IMG/VR virus record: IMGVR_UViG_2939167301_000003
Source: a virus
Taxonomy: Duplodnaviria; Heunggongvirae; Uroviricota; Caudoviricetes
Direction: 5' to 3' (one strand)
Length of the DNA stretch: 37,655 bases
A program made the translations under genes and the position numbers. Below the pieces are notes generated by a model, which had not been told where the DNA came from, searched no databases, and worked only from the letters and a program-made list of their open reading frames with translations. How positions within the stretch are numbered: position 1 is the stretch's first letter; every line of letters starts with the position of its first letter. Positions 8,716 to 18,780 of this stretch are shown in pieces.

Positions 8716-10257
8716 ATGCCAACAGTTCCAATTTCTATGAGAAAACTTAAAGAAATTCTTAGGCTTAAATACGGTGTTGGACTCAGCCATCGACAAATTG
8801 GTCGTAGTCTTGCAATCTCCCCTTCCGTTGTATCCAGATATGCTAATCGGGCGGCTCAACTTGGCATAAAGCAGTGGCCCTTACCTACAGGATGGGATGA
8901 TACAAAACTAAAACATGCGTTCCTTCAGACCCAGGTTAAGATGAAGAAGCACTCTCTGCCTGACTGGGCTACAGTACACCGGGAACTGCGTAATAAATGC
9001 GTGACGCTGCAGCTACTCTGGGAAGAATACTGTGAGCGTAATCCAGGCGGTTTTTACAGCTATAACCATTACTGCCGGATGTACCGTGAATGGCTCAAAA
9101 CCACTTCACCATCAATGCGTCAGGTACATAAAGCTGGCGAAAAACTTTTCGTTGATTACTGTGGACCTACCGTTGGCGTTACCGACCCTGAGACCGGAGA
9201 AATAAGAACTGCTCAGGTCATCGTAGCTGTTCTCGGGGCATCAAGTTACACATGGGCAGAGGCCACCTGGTCTCAGCAGCTTGAAGACTGGGTGATGAGT
9301 CATGTTCGCTGCTTCCAGTGGTTGGGTGGCGTTCCTGAACTTGTTGTTCCGGACAATCTGAAAAGCGCCACATCCAGGGCATGTAAGTATGATCCTGACG
9401 TTAACCCTACCTACCAGCAGATGCTTGAGCATTATAATGTCGCAGTTTTGCCTGCGCGGCCACGTAAACCGAAAGATAAAGCCAAAGCTGAAGTTGGCGT
9501 TCAGGTTGTTGAACGCTGGATCATGGCCCGAATCAGGCATGAGATCTTCTACAGCCTTGCATCGCTTAATCAGCGCATTCGGGAGTTGCTGGAAAGACTG
9601 AATAACAAAATAATGCAGAAGTTGGGTTATTCACGTGCAGAACTCTTCATCCAGCTTGATAAACCCGCACTGAAGCCTCTTCCTGAAGCCAGTTACAGTT
9701 ACACCCTGGTGAAGAAAGTCAGAGTCCATGCCGATTACCACGTGGAAATCGACAAACATTACTACTCGGTTCCATGTTCGCTGTTAGGCCAGCAACTGGA
9801 AGCATGGATCTCCGGAGAACTGGTAAGACTCTTCAATCAGGGGCAGGAGGTTGCTGTGCACCCGCGCAAGCGTACTTATGGCTACAGTACCCGCAACGAG
9901 CACATGCCTGAAGCTCATCGACAGCATGCCACCTGGACGCCAGAGCGTCTTCTGGAATGGGCGGGGCACATAGGCAGTGAAACTCATAGTTATGTGCTTC
10001 ATATACTGAACTCTCGTCCACATCCGGAACAAAGCTATCGCTTCTGCCTTGGACTCCTGAACCTTCATAAAAAATACAGTAAAGCCAGACTTAATGCAGC
10101 ATGTGCAAGAGCTCTGAAAACAAAGGTATGGCGTCTGTCAGGTATTAAATCGATCCTGGAAAAAGGTCTGGATAAACAACCTGTTCAGGATCCAAAACCA
10201 GATCTGTTATCCACGATGGAACACGAAAACGTACGCGGCAGTGAGTATTACCACTGA
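8716..10257 (+). CDS. istA: IS21-family transposase IstA
   Basis: 513 aa with N-terminal HTH (LSHRQIGRSLAISPSVVSRY) and a DDE integrase-like core; followed by istB. Confidence 0.85.
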   Translation: MPTVPISMRKLKEILRLKYGVGLSHRQIGRSLAISPSVVSRYANRAAQLGIKQWPLPTGWDDTKLKHAFLQTQVKMKKHSLPDWATVHRELRNKCVTLQLLWEEYCERNPGGFYSYNHYCRMYREWLKTTSPSMRQVHKAGEKLFVDYCGPTVGVTDPETGEIRTAQVIVAVLGASSYTWAEATWSQQLEDWVMSHVRCFQWLGGVPELVVPDNLKSATSRACKYDPDVNPTYQQMLEHYNVAVLPARPRKPKDKAKAEVGVQVVERWIMARIRHEIFYSLASLNQRIRELLERLNNKIMQKLGYSRAELFIQLDKPALKPLPEASYSYTLVKKVRVHADYHVEIDKHYYSVPCSLLGQQLEAWISGELVRLFNQGQEVAVHPRKRTYGYSTRNEHMPEAHRQHATWTPERLLEWAGHIGSETHSYVLHILNSRPHPEQSYRFCLGLLNLHKKYSKARLNAACARALKTKVWRLSGIKSILEKGLDKQPVQDPKPDLLSTMEHENVRGSEYYH

Positions 10258-10268
10258 TACGGGATCCA

Positions 10269-11018
10269 ATGATGAATCATCTTTACGAACAACTGACCGC
10301 ACTTAAACTCACCGGCTTCCGTGATGCGCTTAAAAAGCAACTTGCTCAGCCGGGCACATACCAGGAGCTGGGCTTCGAAGAACGCCTGTCATTACTGACA
10401 GCAGAAGAACTAACCTGCCGTGAAAACAGGAAGGCAGAGCGTCTGATCAAACATGCACGGTTCAGACTTAATGCTGAGTTATCAAAGCTGGATTATCGTA
10501 ACAATAGAGGGCTGGACAGGGCCCTCATCCGTTCACTCAGTCAGGGAAACTGGTTAACCCTGAAACAAAATATTTTACTGACCGGGGCCACCGGCAGCGG
10601 TAAAACGTTCCTGGCATGTGCACTTGGTCATAATGCCTGCCGACAGGGATACAAGGTCTACTATTATCGCCTTAAAGCGCTGATGGAACAGTGCTATCAG
10701 GGGCATGCTGATGGAAGATACAGCAAACTTTTGACCAGGCTGAATAATAGCGATCTGCTGCTTCTGGATGACTGGGGGCTGGAACCTCTCTCATCAGAAC
10801 AGCGTAGCGACCTGCTGGAAATAGTGGATCTGATGTACCAACGAGGCTCAATCATCGTAGTGAGCCAGTTGCCGGTGGAAAACTGGTACAAAATGATCGG
10901 AGACTCCACACATGCGGATGCCATCCTAGATCGACTGGTTCATGGCAGTATCAAGATCGAACTTAAAGGAGAATCAATGCGGAAAATACAATCTCCGTTG
11001 ACCGAAGGAGATCAGTGA
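10269..11018 (+). CDS. istB: IS21-family ATP-binding helper IstB
   Basis: 249 aa with Walker A GATGSGKTF and Walker B LLLLDDWG, typical of IstB. Confidence 0.88.
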   Translation: MMNHLYEQLTALKLTGFRDALKKQLAQPGTYQELGFEERLSLLTAEELTCRENRKAERLIKHARFRLNAELSKLDYRNNRGLDRALIRSLSQGNWLTLKQNILLTGATGSGKTFLACALGHNACRQGYKVYYYRLKALMEQCYQGHADGRYSKLLTRLNNSDLLLLDDWGLEPLSSEQRSDLLEIVDLMYQRGSIIVVSQLPVENWYKMIGDSTHADAILDRLVHGSIKIELKGESMRKIQSPLTEGDQ

Positions 11019-11270
11019 AGGTAATTTAAAAACGGTTCTGTGAAAGTGACACGAACCGATCTCCATCGATGTTACTCACCGATCTCCTTCACGGTAATAC
11101 GCAGGTACATTAGTTTAATTGTTAACGCAGAATTATCATTACCATAACTTGCATTAAGTTGCATTACATTGCATTCATAAACGTTAGCTAGGGGCGAAGT
11201 CTGAGGTTTGATGGGCTATGGTGTCCCCTTTAATACGAGGTTGCATCAAAACCGCCCCATGAAGCGGGCG

Positions 11271-11289
11271 GGCGAGGCGGGGAAAGCAC
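11271..11289. other. Phage cos site (19-nt cohesive end sequence)
   Basis: GGCGAGGCGGGGAAAGCAC matches the P2 cohesive-end sequence as recalled. Located just downstream of Q, as in P2. Confidence 0.7.
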
Positions 11290-11431
11290 TGCGCGCTGGC
11301 GGTGGTGCTGATTTTATTTTTTCAGCGTCTCAGCGCGTCGTGACGGCGCTTAGTCTGTCCGTTGAGGCGTTGGTTTGCCTGCGGACTGTTTTGTGCGGTG
11401 GTGAGCGTGTGAGGGCGTGATGACGGGATGT

Positions 11432-11454
11432 AAAAAAGCCGCCCGCAGGCGGCG
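11432..11454 (-). terminator. Rho-independent terminator after Q
   Basis: Minus-strand hairpin GCCGCCTGCGGGCGGC followed by a T6 run, directly after the Q stop. Confidence 0.65.
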
Positions 11455-11458
11455 ATGT

Positions 11459-12493
11459 TCAGCCGTTGTCAGTGTCCAGTGAGTAGTTTTTAAAGCGGAT
11501 GACCTCCTGACCGAGCCAGCCGTTTATCTCGCGGATCCTGTCCTGTAGCGGGATAAGCTCATTGCGGACAAAGACCTTTGCCACTTTCTCAATATCTCCC
11601 AGTGACCCGACGTTCTCCGGCTTGCCGCCCATCAACTGAAAGGGGATGCGGTGCGCGTCCAGCAGGTCAGCGGCGCTGGCTTTTTTGATATTAAAAAAAT
11701 CGTCCTTCGTTGCCACTTCACTGAGCGGGATAATTTTAATGCCGTCAGCTTTCCCCTGCGGGGCATAGAGAAACAGATTTTTAAAGTTGTTGCGGCCTTT
11801 CGACTTAACCATGTTTTCGCGAAGCATTTCGATATCGTTGCGGTCCTGCACGGCATCGGTGACGTACATGATATATCCGGCATGAGCGCCGTTTTCGTAA
11901 TACTTGCGGCGGAACAGCGTGGCCGACTCATTCAGCCAGGCAGAGTTAAGGGCGCTCAGATATTCTGGCAGGCCGTACAGCTCCTGATTGATATCCGGCT
12001 CCAGCAGGTGAAACACGGAGCCGGGCGTGAAAGGTGTCGGCTCGTTGAAGGACGGCACCCACCAGTAAACATCCTCCTCCACGCCACGACGGGTATATTT
12101 TGCCGGTGAGGTTTCCAGTCTGATGACCTTACCGGTGGTGCTGTAACGCTTTTCCAGAAACGCATTACCGAACACCAGAAAATCCAGCACAAAGCGGCTG
12201 AAATCCTGCTGGGAAAGCCACGGATGCGGGATAAATGTTGAGGCCAGAATATTACGTTTGACGTAAATCGGTGAGCTGTGATGCACGGCAGCACGCAGGC
12301 TTTTTGCCAGACCGGTAAAGCTGACCGGTGGTTCATACCATCTGCCGTTACTGATGCACTCGACGTAATCCAGAATGTCACGGCGGTCGAGTACCGGTAC
12401 CGGCTCGCCAAAGGTGAATGCTTCCATTTTCGGGGCGCTGGCGGTCATTTTTTTGGCCGCAGGTTGCGGTGTTTTCCCTTTTTTCTTGCTCAT
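11459..12493 (-). CDS. Q: Capsid portal protein Q
   Basis: 344 aa, the exact size of P2 gpQ, in the P2 position at the left end of the late region. Confidence 0.9.
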   Translation of the reverse strand: MSKKKGKTPQPAAKKMTASAPKMEAFTFGEPVPVLDRRDILDYVECISNGRWYEPPVSFTGLAKSLRAAVHHSSPIYVKRNILASTFIPHPWLSQQDFSRFVLDFLVFGNAFLEKRYSTTGKVIRLETSPAKYTRRGVEEDVYWWVPSFNEPTPFTPGSVFHLLEPDINQELYGLPEYLSALNSAWLNESATLFRRKYYENGAHAGYIMYVTDAVQDRNDIEMLRENMVKSKGRNNFKNLFLYAPQGKADGIKIIPLSEVATKDDFFNIKKASAADLLDAHRIPFQLMGGKPENVGSLGDIEKVAKVFVRNELIPLQDRIREINGWLGQEVIRFKNYSLDTDNG

Positions 12494-14265
12494 CAGTAAA
12501 ACTCCAGAATGGTGGATGTCAGCGGGGTGCTGATACCGGCGGTGAGTGGCTCATTTAACAGGGCGTGCATGGTCGCCCAGGCGAGGTCGGCGTGGCTGGC
12601 TTCCTCGCTGCGGCTGGCCTCATACGTGGCGCTGCGTCCGCTGCTGGTCATGGTCTTGCGGATAGCCATAAACGAGCTGGTGATGTCGGTGGCGCTGACG
12701 TCATATTCCAGACAGCCACGGCGGATGACGTCTTTTGCCTTGAGCACCATTGCGGTTTTCATTTCCGGTGTGTAGCGGATATCGCGCGCGGCGGGATAGA
12801 ACGAGCGCACGAGCTGGAACACGCCGACACCGAGGCCGGTGGCATCAATACCGATGTATTCGACGTTGTATTTTTCGGTGAGTTTGCGGATGGATTCCGC
12901 CTGAGTGGCAAAGTCCATGCCTTTCCACTGGTGACGCTCAAGTATTCTGAATTTGCCACCGGCCACCACCGGCGGTGCCAGTACCACGCATCCGGCGCTG
13001 TCGCCACGGTGTGACGGGTCGTAACCAATCCATACCGGGCGGGAGCCGAACGGATTCGCGGCAAACGGCGCATAGTCTTCCCATTCTTCCAGCGTGTCGA
13101 CCATGCAGCGTTGCAGCTCCTCGAACGGGAACACCGACGCCTTGTCGTCAACAAATTCACACATGAACAGGTTTTTAAAATCGTCGGCGCTGTTTTCACG
13201 TTTGAGCTGCTCAATGTCGAACAGCGTGCAGCCGCCTTTCAGCGCGTCCTCAATGGTGACAATCTGCCGCCACTGGCCGTCTGCACAGAGAAGCCCACCG
13301 GCAAGGGCGTTATGACTGACGTCGATTTCCACGCGTTCGGCGGCGCTGGCGCGTCCCCGGTTGAACAGTTCACCCGACCAGAACGGGTAGGCGTCGTGCG
13401 CCAGCGTGGACGGGGTGGAGAAATAGGTCGAACGCAGGTGACTCTGTGAGGCCATACCTGATGCCACCTTACGCAGTACCTGAAAATTCGGGATCCAGAA
13501 AATCTCGTCGACGTACAGGTCGCCGTTATGGCTCTGCGCGGTGTTGGAGTTGGTGCCGAGAAAAATCAGTTTTGCGCCGTTATTGCCCAGGACAATCGGG
13601 TCACCGGTCAGGTCAACGTCAACCAGCCGGGCAAAGGCGATGATGTATTCGCGGAACACATACGCCTGCGTTTTACTGGCCGACAGAAAAATCTGGTTAT
13701 GACCGGTTTTCAGGGCGCGCAGCAGCGCCTCGCGGGAAAAATAAAACGTCGCGCCAATCTGGCGGGATTTCAGGATATCGCGGATGCGGTGCTCAAGCCC
13801 GGCGCGATACCAGTGCAACTGATATTCGAAAGACTGCTCAAAGAAAATCTGCTCCAGCTTTTCGATGGCCTCGTCACTGAAAAAATTCTTTTTCGGTTTG
13901 CGCCGCCCGCCTTTGTTGCGGTTAGCGACGTTCGGATTAAGGTCTGCCTCGTTGCCGGTCTGACTGTAACGGTTGACCCGTGCCAGTCGTTCAATCTGGC
14001 GTCCCAGCAGGTCAATTTCCTTGAAGTCACCGCCGGTTTTCTGCGGTTTGATGATGAGCTGGGTCAGCCGCGCTTCCAGACTCATTTCGACACGGCTGAT
14101 GGGGGCAACGCTGTCCCAGCCGTCGCGCTGTTTCCAGCTCTGCACCGTCGGGCGTTTCATCTGCAACATGGCGGCAATCTGCGGCACGGAAAATCCCTGC
14201 CAGTACAGCAGCGCCGCCTGACGACGCGGGTCGTGTAAAAGAGTGGTGTCTGTGGTGATGGTCAT
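12493..14265 (-). CDS. P: Terminase large (ATPase) subunit P
   Basis: 590 aa if started at MTITTDTTLL (P2 gpP is 590 aa). Divergent from O as in P2. Confidence 0.9.
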   Translation of the reverse strand: MTITTDTTLLHDPRRQAALLYWQGFSVPQIAAMLQMKRPTVQSWKQRDGWDSVAPISRVEMSLEARLTQLIIKPQKTGGDFKEIDLLGRQIERLARVNRYSQTGNEADLNPNVANRNKGGRRKPKKNFFSDEAIEKLEQIFFEQSFEYQLHWYRAGLEHRIRDILKSRQIGATFYFSREALLRALKTGHNQIFLSASKTQAYVFREYIIAFARLVDVDLTGDPIVLGNNGAKLIFLGTNSNTAQSHNGDLYVDEIFWIPNFQVLRKVASGMASQSHLRSTYFSTPSTLAHDAYPFWSGELFNRGRASAAERVEIDVSHNALAGGLLCADGQWRQIVTIEDALKGGCTLFDIEQLKRENSADDFKNLFMCEFVDDKASVFPFEELQRCMVDTLEEWEDYAPFAANPFGSRPVWIGYDPSHRGDSAGCVVLAPPVVAGGKFRILERHQWKGMDFATQAESIRKLTEKYNVEYIGIDATGLGVGVFQLVRSFYPAARDIRYTPEMKTAMVLKAKDVIRRGCLEYDVSATDITSSFMAIRKTMTSSGRSATYEASRSEEASHADLAWATMHALLNEPLTAGISTPLTSTILEFY

Positions 14266-14438
14266 GAATACCTCGCCGTGATGAATACACGGCAAGGCTA
14301 CTGAGTCGCGCCCCGCGATTCGCTAAGGTGCTGTTGTGTCAGTGATAAGCCATCCGGGACTGATGGCGGAGGATGCGCATCGTCGGGAAACTGATGCCGA
14401 CATGTGACTCCTCTAATCACTATTCAGGACTCCTGACA
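14266..14438. promoter_or_regulatory. Divergent late promoter region (P-Q leftward, O-N-M-L rightward), presumably Ogr-activated
   Basis: Intergenic between divergent P and O. In P2 this holds the Ogr-dependent late promoters; individual elements were not resolved here. Confidence 0.45.
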
Positions 14439-15293
14439 ATGGCAAAAAAAGTCTCAAAATTCTTTCGTATCGGCGTTGAGGGTGACACCTGTGACGGGCG
14501 TGTCATCAGTGCGCAGGATATTCAGGAAATGGCCGAAACCTTTGACCCGCGTGTCTATGGTTGCCGCATTAACCTGGAACATCTGCGCGGCATCCTGCCT
14601 GACGGTATTTTTAAGCGTTATGGCGATGTGGCCGAACTGAAGGCCGAAAAGATTGACGACGATTCGGCGCTGAAAGGCAAATGGGCGCTGTTTGCGAAAA
14701 TCACCCCGACCGATGACCTTATCGCGATGAACAAGGCCGCGCAGAAGGTCTACACCTCAATGGAAATTCAGCCGAACTTTGCCAACACCGGCAAATGTTA
14801 TCTGGTGGGGCTGGCCGTCACCGATGACCCGGCAAGCCTCGGCACGGAATACCTGGAATTCTGCCGCACGGCAAAACATAACCCTCTGAACCGCTTCAAA
14901 TTAAGCCCTGAAAACCTGATTTCAGTGGCAACGCCTGTTGAGCTGGAATTTGAAGACCTGCCTGAAACCGTGTTCACCGCCCTGACCGAAAAGGTGAAAT
15001 CTATTTTTGGCCGCAAACAGGCCAGCGATGACGCCCGTCTGAATGACGTGCATGAAGCGGTGACCGCTGTTGCTGAACATGTGCAGGAAAAACTGAGCGC
15101 CACTGAGCAGCGCCTCGCTGAGATGGAAACTGCCTTTTCCGCTCTTAAGCAGGAGGTGACTGACAGGGCGGATGAAACCAGCCAGGCATTCACCAGCCTG
15201 AAAAACAGCCTCGACCACACCGAAAGTCTGACCCAGCAGCGCCGCAGCAAGGCCACCGGCGGTGGCGGTGACGCGCTGATGACGAACTGCTGA
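14439..15293 (+). CDS. O: Capsid scaffolding protein O
   Basis: 284 aa from MAKKVSKFFRIGVEGDT, the size and N-terminus of P2 gpO. Confidence 0.9.
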   Translation: MAKKVSKFFRIGVEGDTCDGRVISAQDIQEMAETFDPRVYGCRINLEHLRGILPDGIFKRYGDVAELKAEKIDDDSALKGKWALFAKITPTDDLIAMNKAAQKVYTSMEIQPNFANTGKCYLVGLAVTDDPASLGTEYLEFCRTAKHNPLNRFKLSPENLISVATPVELEFEDLPETVFTALTEKVKSIFGRKQASDDARLNDVHEAVTAVAEHVQEKLSATEQRLAEMETAFSALKQEVTDRADETSQAFTSLKNSLDHTESLTQQRRSKATGGGGDALMTNC

Positions 15294-15351
15294 CCGGCGT
15301 CAGTCAGTCCGGGAAAACCTTCACGATTAACCCTTAATTTCAGGAAAAACT

Positions 15352-16425
15352 ATGCGCCAGGAAACCCGCTTTAAATTTAATGCCTACCTGTCCCGTGTTG
15401 CCGAACTGAACGGCATCGACGCCGGTGATGTGTCGAAAAAATTCACCGTTGAACCGTCGGTCACCCAGACCCTGATGAACACCATGCAGGAGTCCTCTGA
15501 CTTTCTGACCCGCATCAACATTGTGCCGGTCAGCGAAATGAAAGGGGAAAAAATTGGTATTGGTGTCACCGGCTCCATCGCCAGCACCACCGACACCGCC
15601 GGTGGCACCGAGCGTCAGCCGAAGGACTTCTCGAAGCTGGCGTCAAACAAGTACGAATGCGACCAGATTAACTTCGATTTTTATATCCGCTACAAAACGC
15701 TTGACCTGTGGGCGCGTTATCAGGATTTCCAGCTCCGTGTCCGTAACGCCATTATCAAACGTCAGGCTCTTGATTTAATCATGGCCGGTTTTAACGGTGT
15801 GAAGCGTGCCGAAACCTCTGACCGCAGCAGTAACCCGATGCTGCAGGATGTGGCGGTCGGCTGGCTGCAGAAATACCGCAATGAAGCCCCGGCGCGCGTG
15901 ATGAGTAAGGTCACTGACGAGGAAGGCCGCACCACCTCTGAGGTTATCCGCGTGGGTAAGGGCGGTGATTATGCCAGCCTTGATGCACTGGTGATGGATG
16001 CGACCAACAACCTGATTGAGCCGTGGTATCAGGAAGACCCTGACCTTGTGGTGATTGTGGGGCGTCAGTTACTGGCGGACAAGTATTTCCCCATCGTTAA
16101 CAAGGAGCAGGACAACAGCGAAATGCTGGCCGCTGACGTCATCATCAGCCAGAAACGCATCGGTAACCTGCCAGCGGTACGCGTCCCGTACTTCCCGGCG
16201 GATGCGATGCTCATCACGAAGCTGGAAAACCTGTCCATCTACTACATGGATGACAGCCATCGCCGCGTGATTGTGGAAAACCCGAAACTCGACCGCGTGG
16301 AGAACTACGAGTCAATGAACATTGATTACGTGGTGGAAGACTACGCCGCCGGTTGTCTGGTGGAAAAAATTAAGGTCGGTGATTTCTCCACACCGGCTAA
16401 GGCGACCGCAGAGCCGGGAGCGTAA
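15352..16425 (+). CDS. N: Major capsid protein N
   Basis: 357 aa, the size of P2 gpN, following O. Confidence 0.9.
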   Translation: MRQETRFKFNAYLSRVAELNGIDAGDVSKKFTVEPSVTQTLMNTMQESSDFLTRINIVPVSEMKGEKIGIGVTGSIASTTDTAGGTERQPKDFSKLASNKYECDQINFDFYIRYKTLDLWARYQDFQLRVRNAIIKRQALDLIMAGFNGVKRAETSDRSSNPMLQDVAVGWLQKYRNEAPARVMSKVTDEEGRTTSEVIRVGKGGDYASLDALVMDATNNLIEPWYQEDPDLVVIVGRQLLADKYFPIVNKEQDNSEMLAADVIISQKRIGNLPAVRVPYFPADAMLITKLENLSIYYMDDSHRRVIVENPKLDRVENYESMNIDYVVEDYAAGCLVEKIKVGDFSTPAKATAEPGA

Positions 16426-16428
16426 CCG

Positions 16429-17172
16429 ATGACGAGTCCCGCACAGCGCCACATGATGCGGGTCTCGGCAGCGATGACCGCGCAGCGGGAAGCCGCCCCG
16501 CTGCGACATGCAACTGTCTATGAGCAGATGCTGGTTAAGCTCGCCGCAGATCAGCGCACACTGAAAGCGATTTATTCAAAAGAGCTGAAGGCCGCGAAAA
16601 AACGCGAACTGCTGCCGTTCTGGTTGCCGTGGGTGAACGGCGTGCTGGAGCAGGGCAAAGGTGCACAGGATGACATTCTGATGACGGTCATGCTGTGGCG
16701 TCTGGATACCGGCGATATTGCCGGTGCGCTGGAGATTGCCCGTTATGCCCTGAAGTACGGTCTGACCATGCCGGGTAAACACCGCCGCACTCCGCCGTAC
16801 ATGTTCACCGAGGAGGTGGCGCTTGCGGCCATACGCGCTCACGCTGCCGGTGAATCCGTGGATACCCGCCTGCTGACGGAGACCCTTGAACTGACCGCCA
16901 CGGCTGACATGCCTGATGAAGTGCGCGCAAAGCTGCACAAAATCACCGGTCTGTTTCTGCGTGACGGTGGTGATGCCGCCGGTGCGCTGGCTCACCTGCA
17001 ACGTGCGACCCGGCTCGACTGTCAGGCAGGCGTCAAAAAAGAGATTGAACGACTGGAGCGGGAGCTGAAACCGAAGCCGGAGCAGCAACCCAAAGCGGCC
17101 ACCCGTGCCACGCGTAAGACCCGGAGCGTGACACCGGCAAAACGTGGACGCCCGAAAAAGAAAGCCAGTTAA
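16429..17172 (+). CDS. M: Terminase small (endonuclease) subunit M
   Basis: 247 aa, the size of P2 gpM, with a basic C-terminus. Confidence 0.88.
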   Translation: MTSPAQRHMMRVSAAMTAQREAAPLRHATVYEQMLVKLAADQRTLKAIYSKELKAAKKRELLPFWLPWVNGVLEQGKGAQDDILMTVMLWRLDTGDIAGALEIARYALKYGLTMPGKHRRTPPYMFTEEVALAAIRAHAAGESVDTRLLTETLELTATADMPDEVRAKLHKITGLFLRDGGDAAGALAHLQRATRLDCQAGVKKEIERLERELKPKPEQQPKAATRATRKTRSVTPAKRGRPKKKAS

Positions 17173-17271
17173 CAACCGAATGCGCCCCGCGCCAGGGCGG
17201 CACGCCGGTCAGTGAGGGTGAATCACCTGACACTGCACCGGCGTCCACCGCCCGACTTTTCAGAGGTAGTC

Positions 17272-17781
17272 ATGATGACGCTGATTATTCCGCGAAAGGA
17301 GGCTCCCGTGTCCGGTGAGGGTACGGTGGTCATCCCGCAACCGGCAGGCGACGAGCCGGTGATTAAAAACACGTTCTTTTTTCCCGATATCGACCCGAAG
17401 CGCGTCCGGGAACGTATGCGCCTTGAGCAGACCGTCGCCCCCGCCCGTCTGCGTGAGGCCATCAAGTCAGGCATGGCTGAAACGAATGCGGAGCTGTACG
17501 AGTACCGTGAACAGAAAATTGCCGCCGGTTTTACGCGTCTGGCGGACGTCCCGGCGGACGATATCGACGGTGAAAGCATCAAAGTTTTTTACTACGAGCG
17601 CGCCGTGTGTGCGATGGCGACCGCGTCGCTTTATGAGCGTTATCGCGGTGTGGATGCCAGTGCAAAAGGCGACAAGAAGGCCGACAGCATAGACAGCACT
17701 ATTGATGAGCTGTGGCGGGATATGCGCTGGGCAGTGGCGCGTATCCAGGACAAGCCGCGCTGCATCGTGAGTCAAATCTGA
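17272..17781 (+). CDS. L: Head completion protein L
   Basis: 169 aa from MMTLIIPRKEAP, the size of P2 gpL. Confidence 0.85.
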   Translation: MMTLIIPRKEAPVSGEGTVVIPQPAGDEPVIKNTFFFPDIDPKRVRERMRLEQTVAPARLREAIKSGMAETNAELYEYREQKIAAGFTRLADVPADDIDGESIKVFYYERAVCAMATASLYERYRGVDASAKGDKKADSIDSTIDELWRDMRWAVARIQDKPRCIVSQI

Positions 17782-17984
17782 TGAAGACCTTTGCGCTACA
17801 GGGCGACACGCTCGACGCCATTTGTGTCCGGTATTACGGGCGCACTGAGGGCGTGGTTGAGACCGTGCTCGCCGCAAATTCGGGACTGGCTGAACTGGGT
17901 GCGGTGCTGCCACACGGCACCGCCGTCGAACTGCCCGACGTTCAGACCGCGCCCGTGGCTGAAACTGTCAATCTGTGGGAGTAA
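17781..17984 (+). CDS. X: Tail protein X
   Basis: 67 aa from MKTFALQGDTLDAI, the size of P2 gpX; start overlaps the L stop (ATGA). Confidence 0.85.
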   Translation: MKTFALQGDTLDAICVRYYGRTEGVVETVLAANSGLAELGAVLPHGTAVELPDVQTAPVAETVNLWE

Positions 17985-17987
17985 CGC

Positions 17988-18269
17988 ATGACAGCAGAAG
18001 AAAAAAGCGTCCTGTCGCTTTTCATGATTGGGGTGCTGATTGTTGTCGGCAAGGTGCTTGCCGGTGGTGAACCCATCACCCCGCGTCTGTTTATCGGGCG
18101 CATGTTGCTCGGTGGTTTTGTCTCGATGGTTGCCGGTGTTGTTCTGGTGCAGTTTCCTGACCTGTCACTGCCTGCGGTGTGCGGCATCGGTTCCATGCTG
18201 GGTATCGCCGGTTATCAGGTGATTGAGATTGCCATTCAGCGTCGCTTTAAGGGCAGGGGGAAACCGTAA
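17988..18269 (+). CDS. Y: Holin Y
   Basis: 93 aa hydrophobic protein with transmembrane-like segments, the size of P2 gpY, first gene of the lysis cassette. Confidence 0.85.
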   Translation: MTAEEKSVLSLFMIGVLIVVGKVLAGGEPITPRLFIGRMLLGGFVSMVAGVVLVQFPDLSLPAVCGIGSMLGIAGYQVIEIAIQRRFKGRGKP

Positions 18270-18766
18270 TGCCGGTTATTAACACGCATCAGAATATCGC
18301 CGCCTTTCTCGACATGCTGGCCGTGTCCGAAGGGACGGCGAATCATCCGCTGACGAAAAACCGGGGCTATGACGTGATAGTCACCGGACTGGACGGGAAG
18401 CCGGAAATTTTCACCGACTACAGTGACCACCCGTTCGCGCATGGCCGACCGGCGAAGGTGTTTAACCGTCGCGGTGAAAAGTCCACGGCCTCCGGTCGCT
18501 ATCAGCAGCTTTACCTGTTCTGGCCGCACTACCGCAAACAGCTTGCCCTGCCGGATTTCAGTCCGTTGTCACAGGACAGACTCGCCATTCAGTTGATCCG
18601 CGAACGCGGTGCACTGGATGACATCCGGGCGGGACGCATTGAGTGCGCCATTTCACGCTGTCGCAATATCTGGGCGTCCCTGCCGGGTGCCGGTTACGGT
18701 CAGCGTGAGCATTCACTGGAAAAACTGGTCACCGTCTGGCGTACCGCTGGCGGCGTACCGGCTTAA
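18269..18766 (+). CDS. K: Endolysin K (lysozyme-like)
   Basis: 165 aa, the size of P2 gpK, directly after the holin. Confidence 0.88.
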   Translation: MPVINTHQNIAAFLDMLAVSEGTANHPLTKNRGYDVIVTGLDGKPEIFTDYSDHPFAHGRPAKVFNRRGEKSTASGRYQQLYLFWPHYRKQLALPDFSPLSQDRLAIQLIRERGALDDIRAGRIECAISRCRNIWASLPGAGYGQREHSLEKLVTVWRTAGGVPA

Positions 18767-18780
18767 ACGGAGTAAACACC

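Larger units (their letters stand above)
8517..11109 (+). mobile_element. IS21-family insertion sequence (istA-istB), about 2.6 kb; ends approximate
   Basis: Imperfect terminal inverted repeats: left GGTACTGCGTATT...GGAGATC near 8519-8547, right GATCTCC...AATACGCAGGTACA ending at 11109. Several internal GATCTCCATCGATG repeats at both ends. Two-gene istA/istB organisation. Confidence 0.8.

Noticed and set aside
11208-11420. 70-aa ORF on the plus strand in the cos region
   Set aside because: It overlaps the cos sequence and the Q terminator, is Gly/Ala/Arg-rich and low-complexity, and has no RBS. It is most likely a non-coding packaging region.
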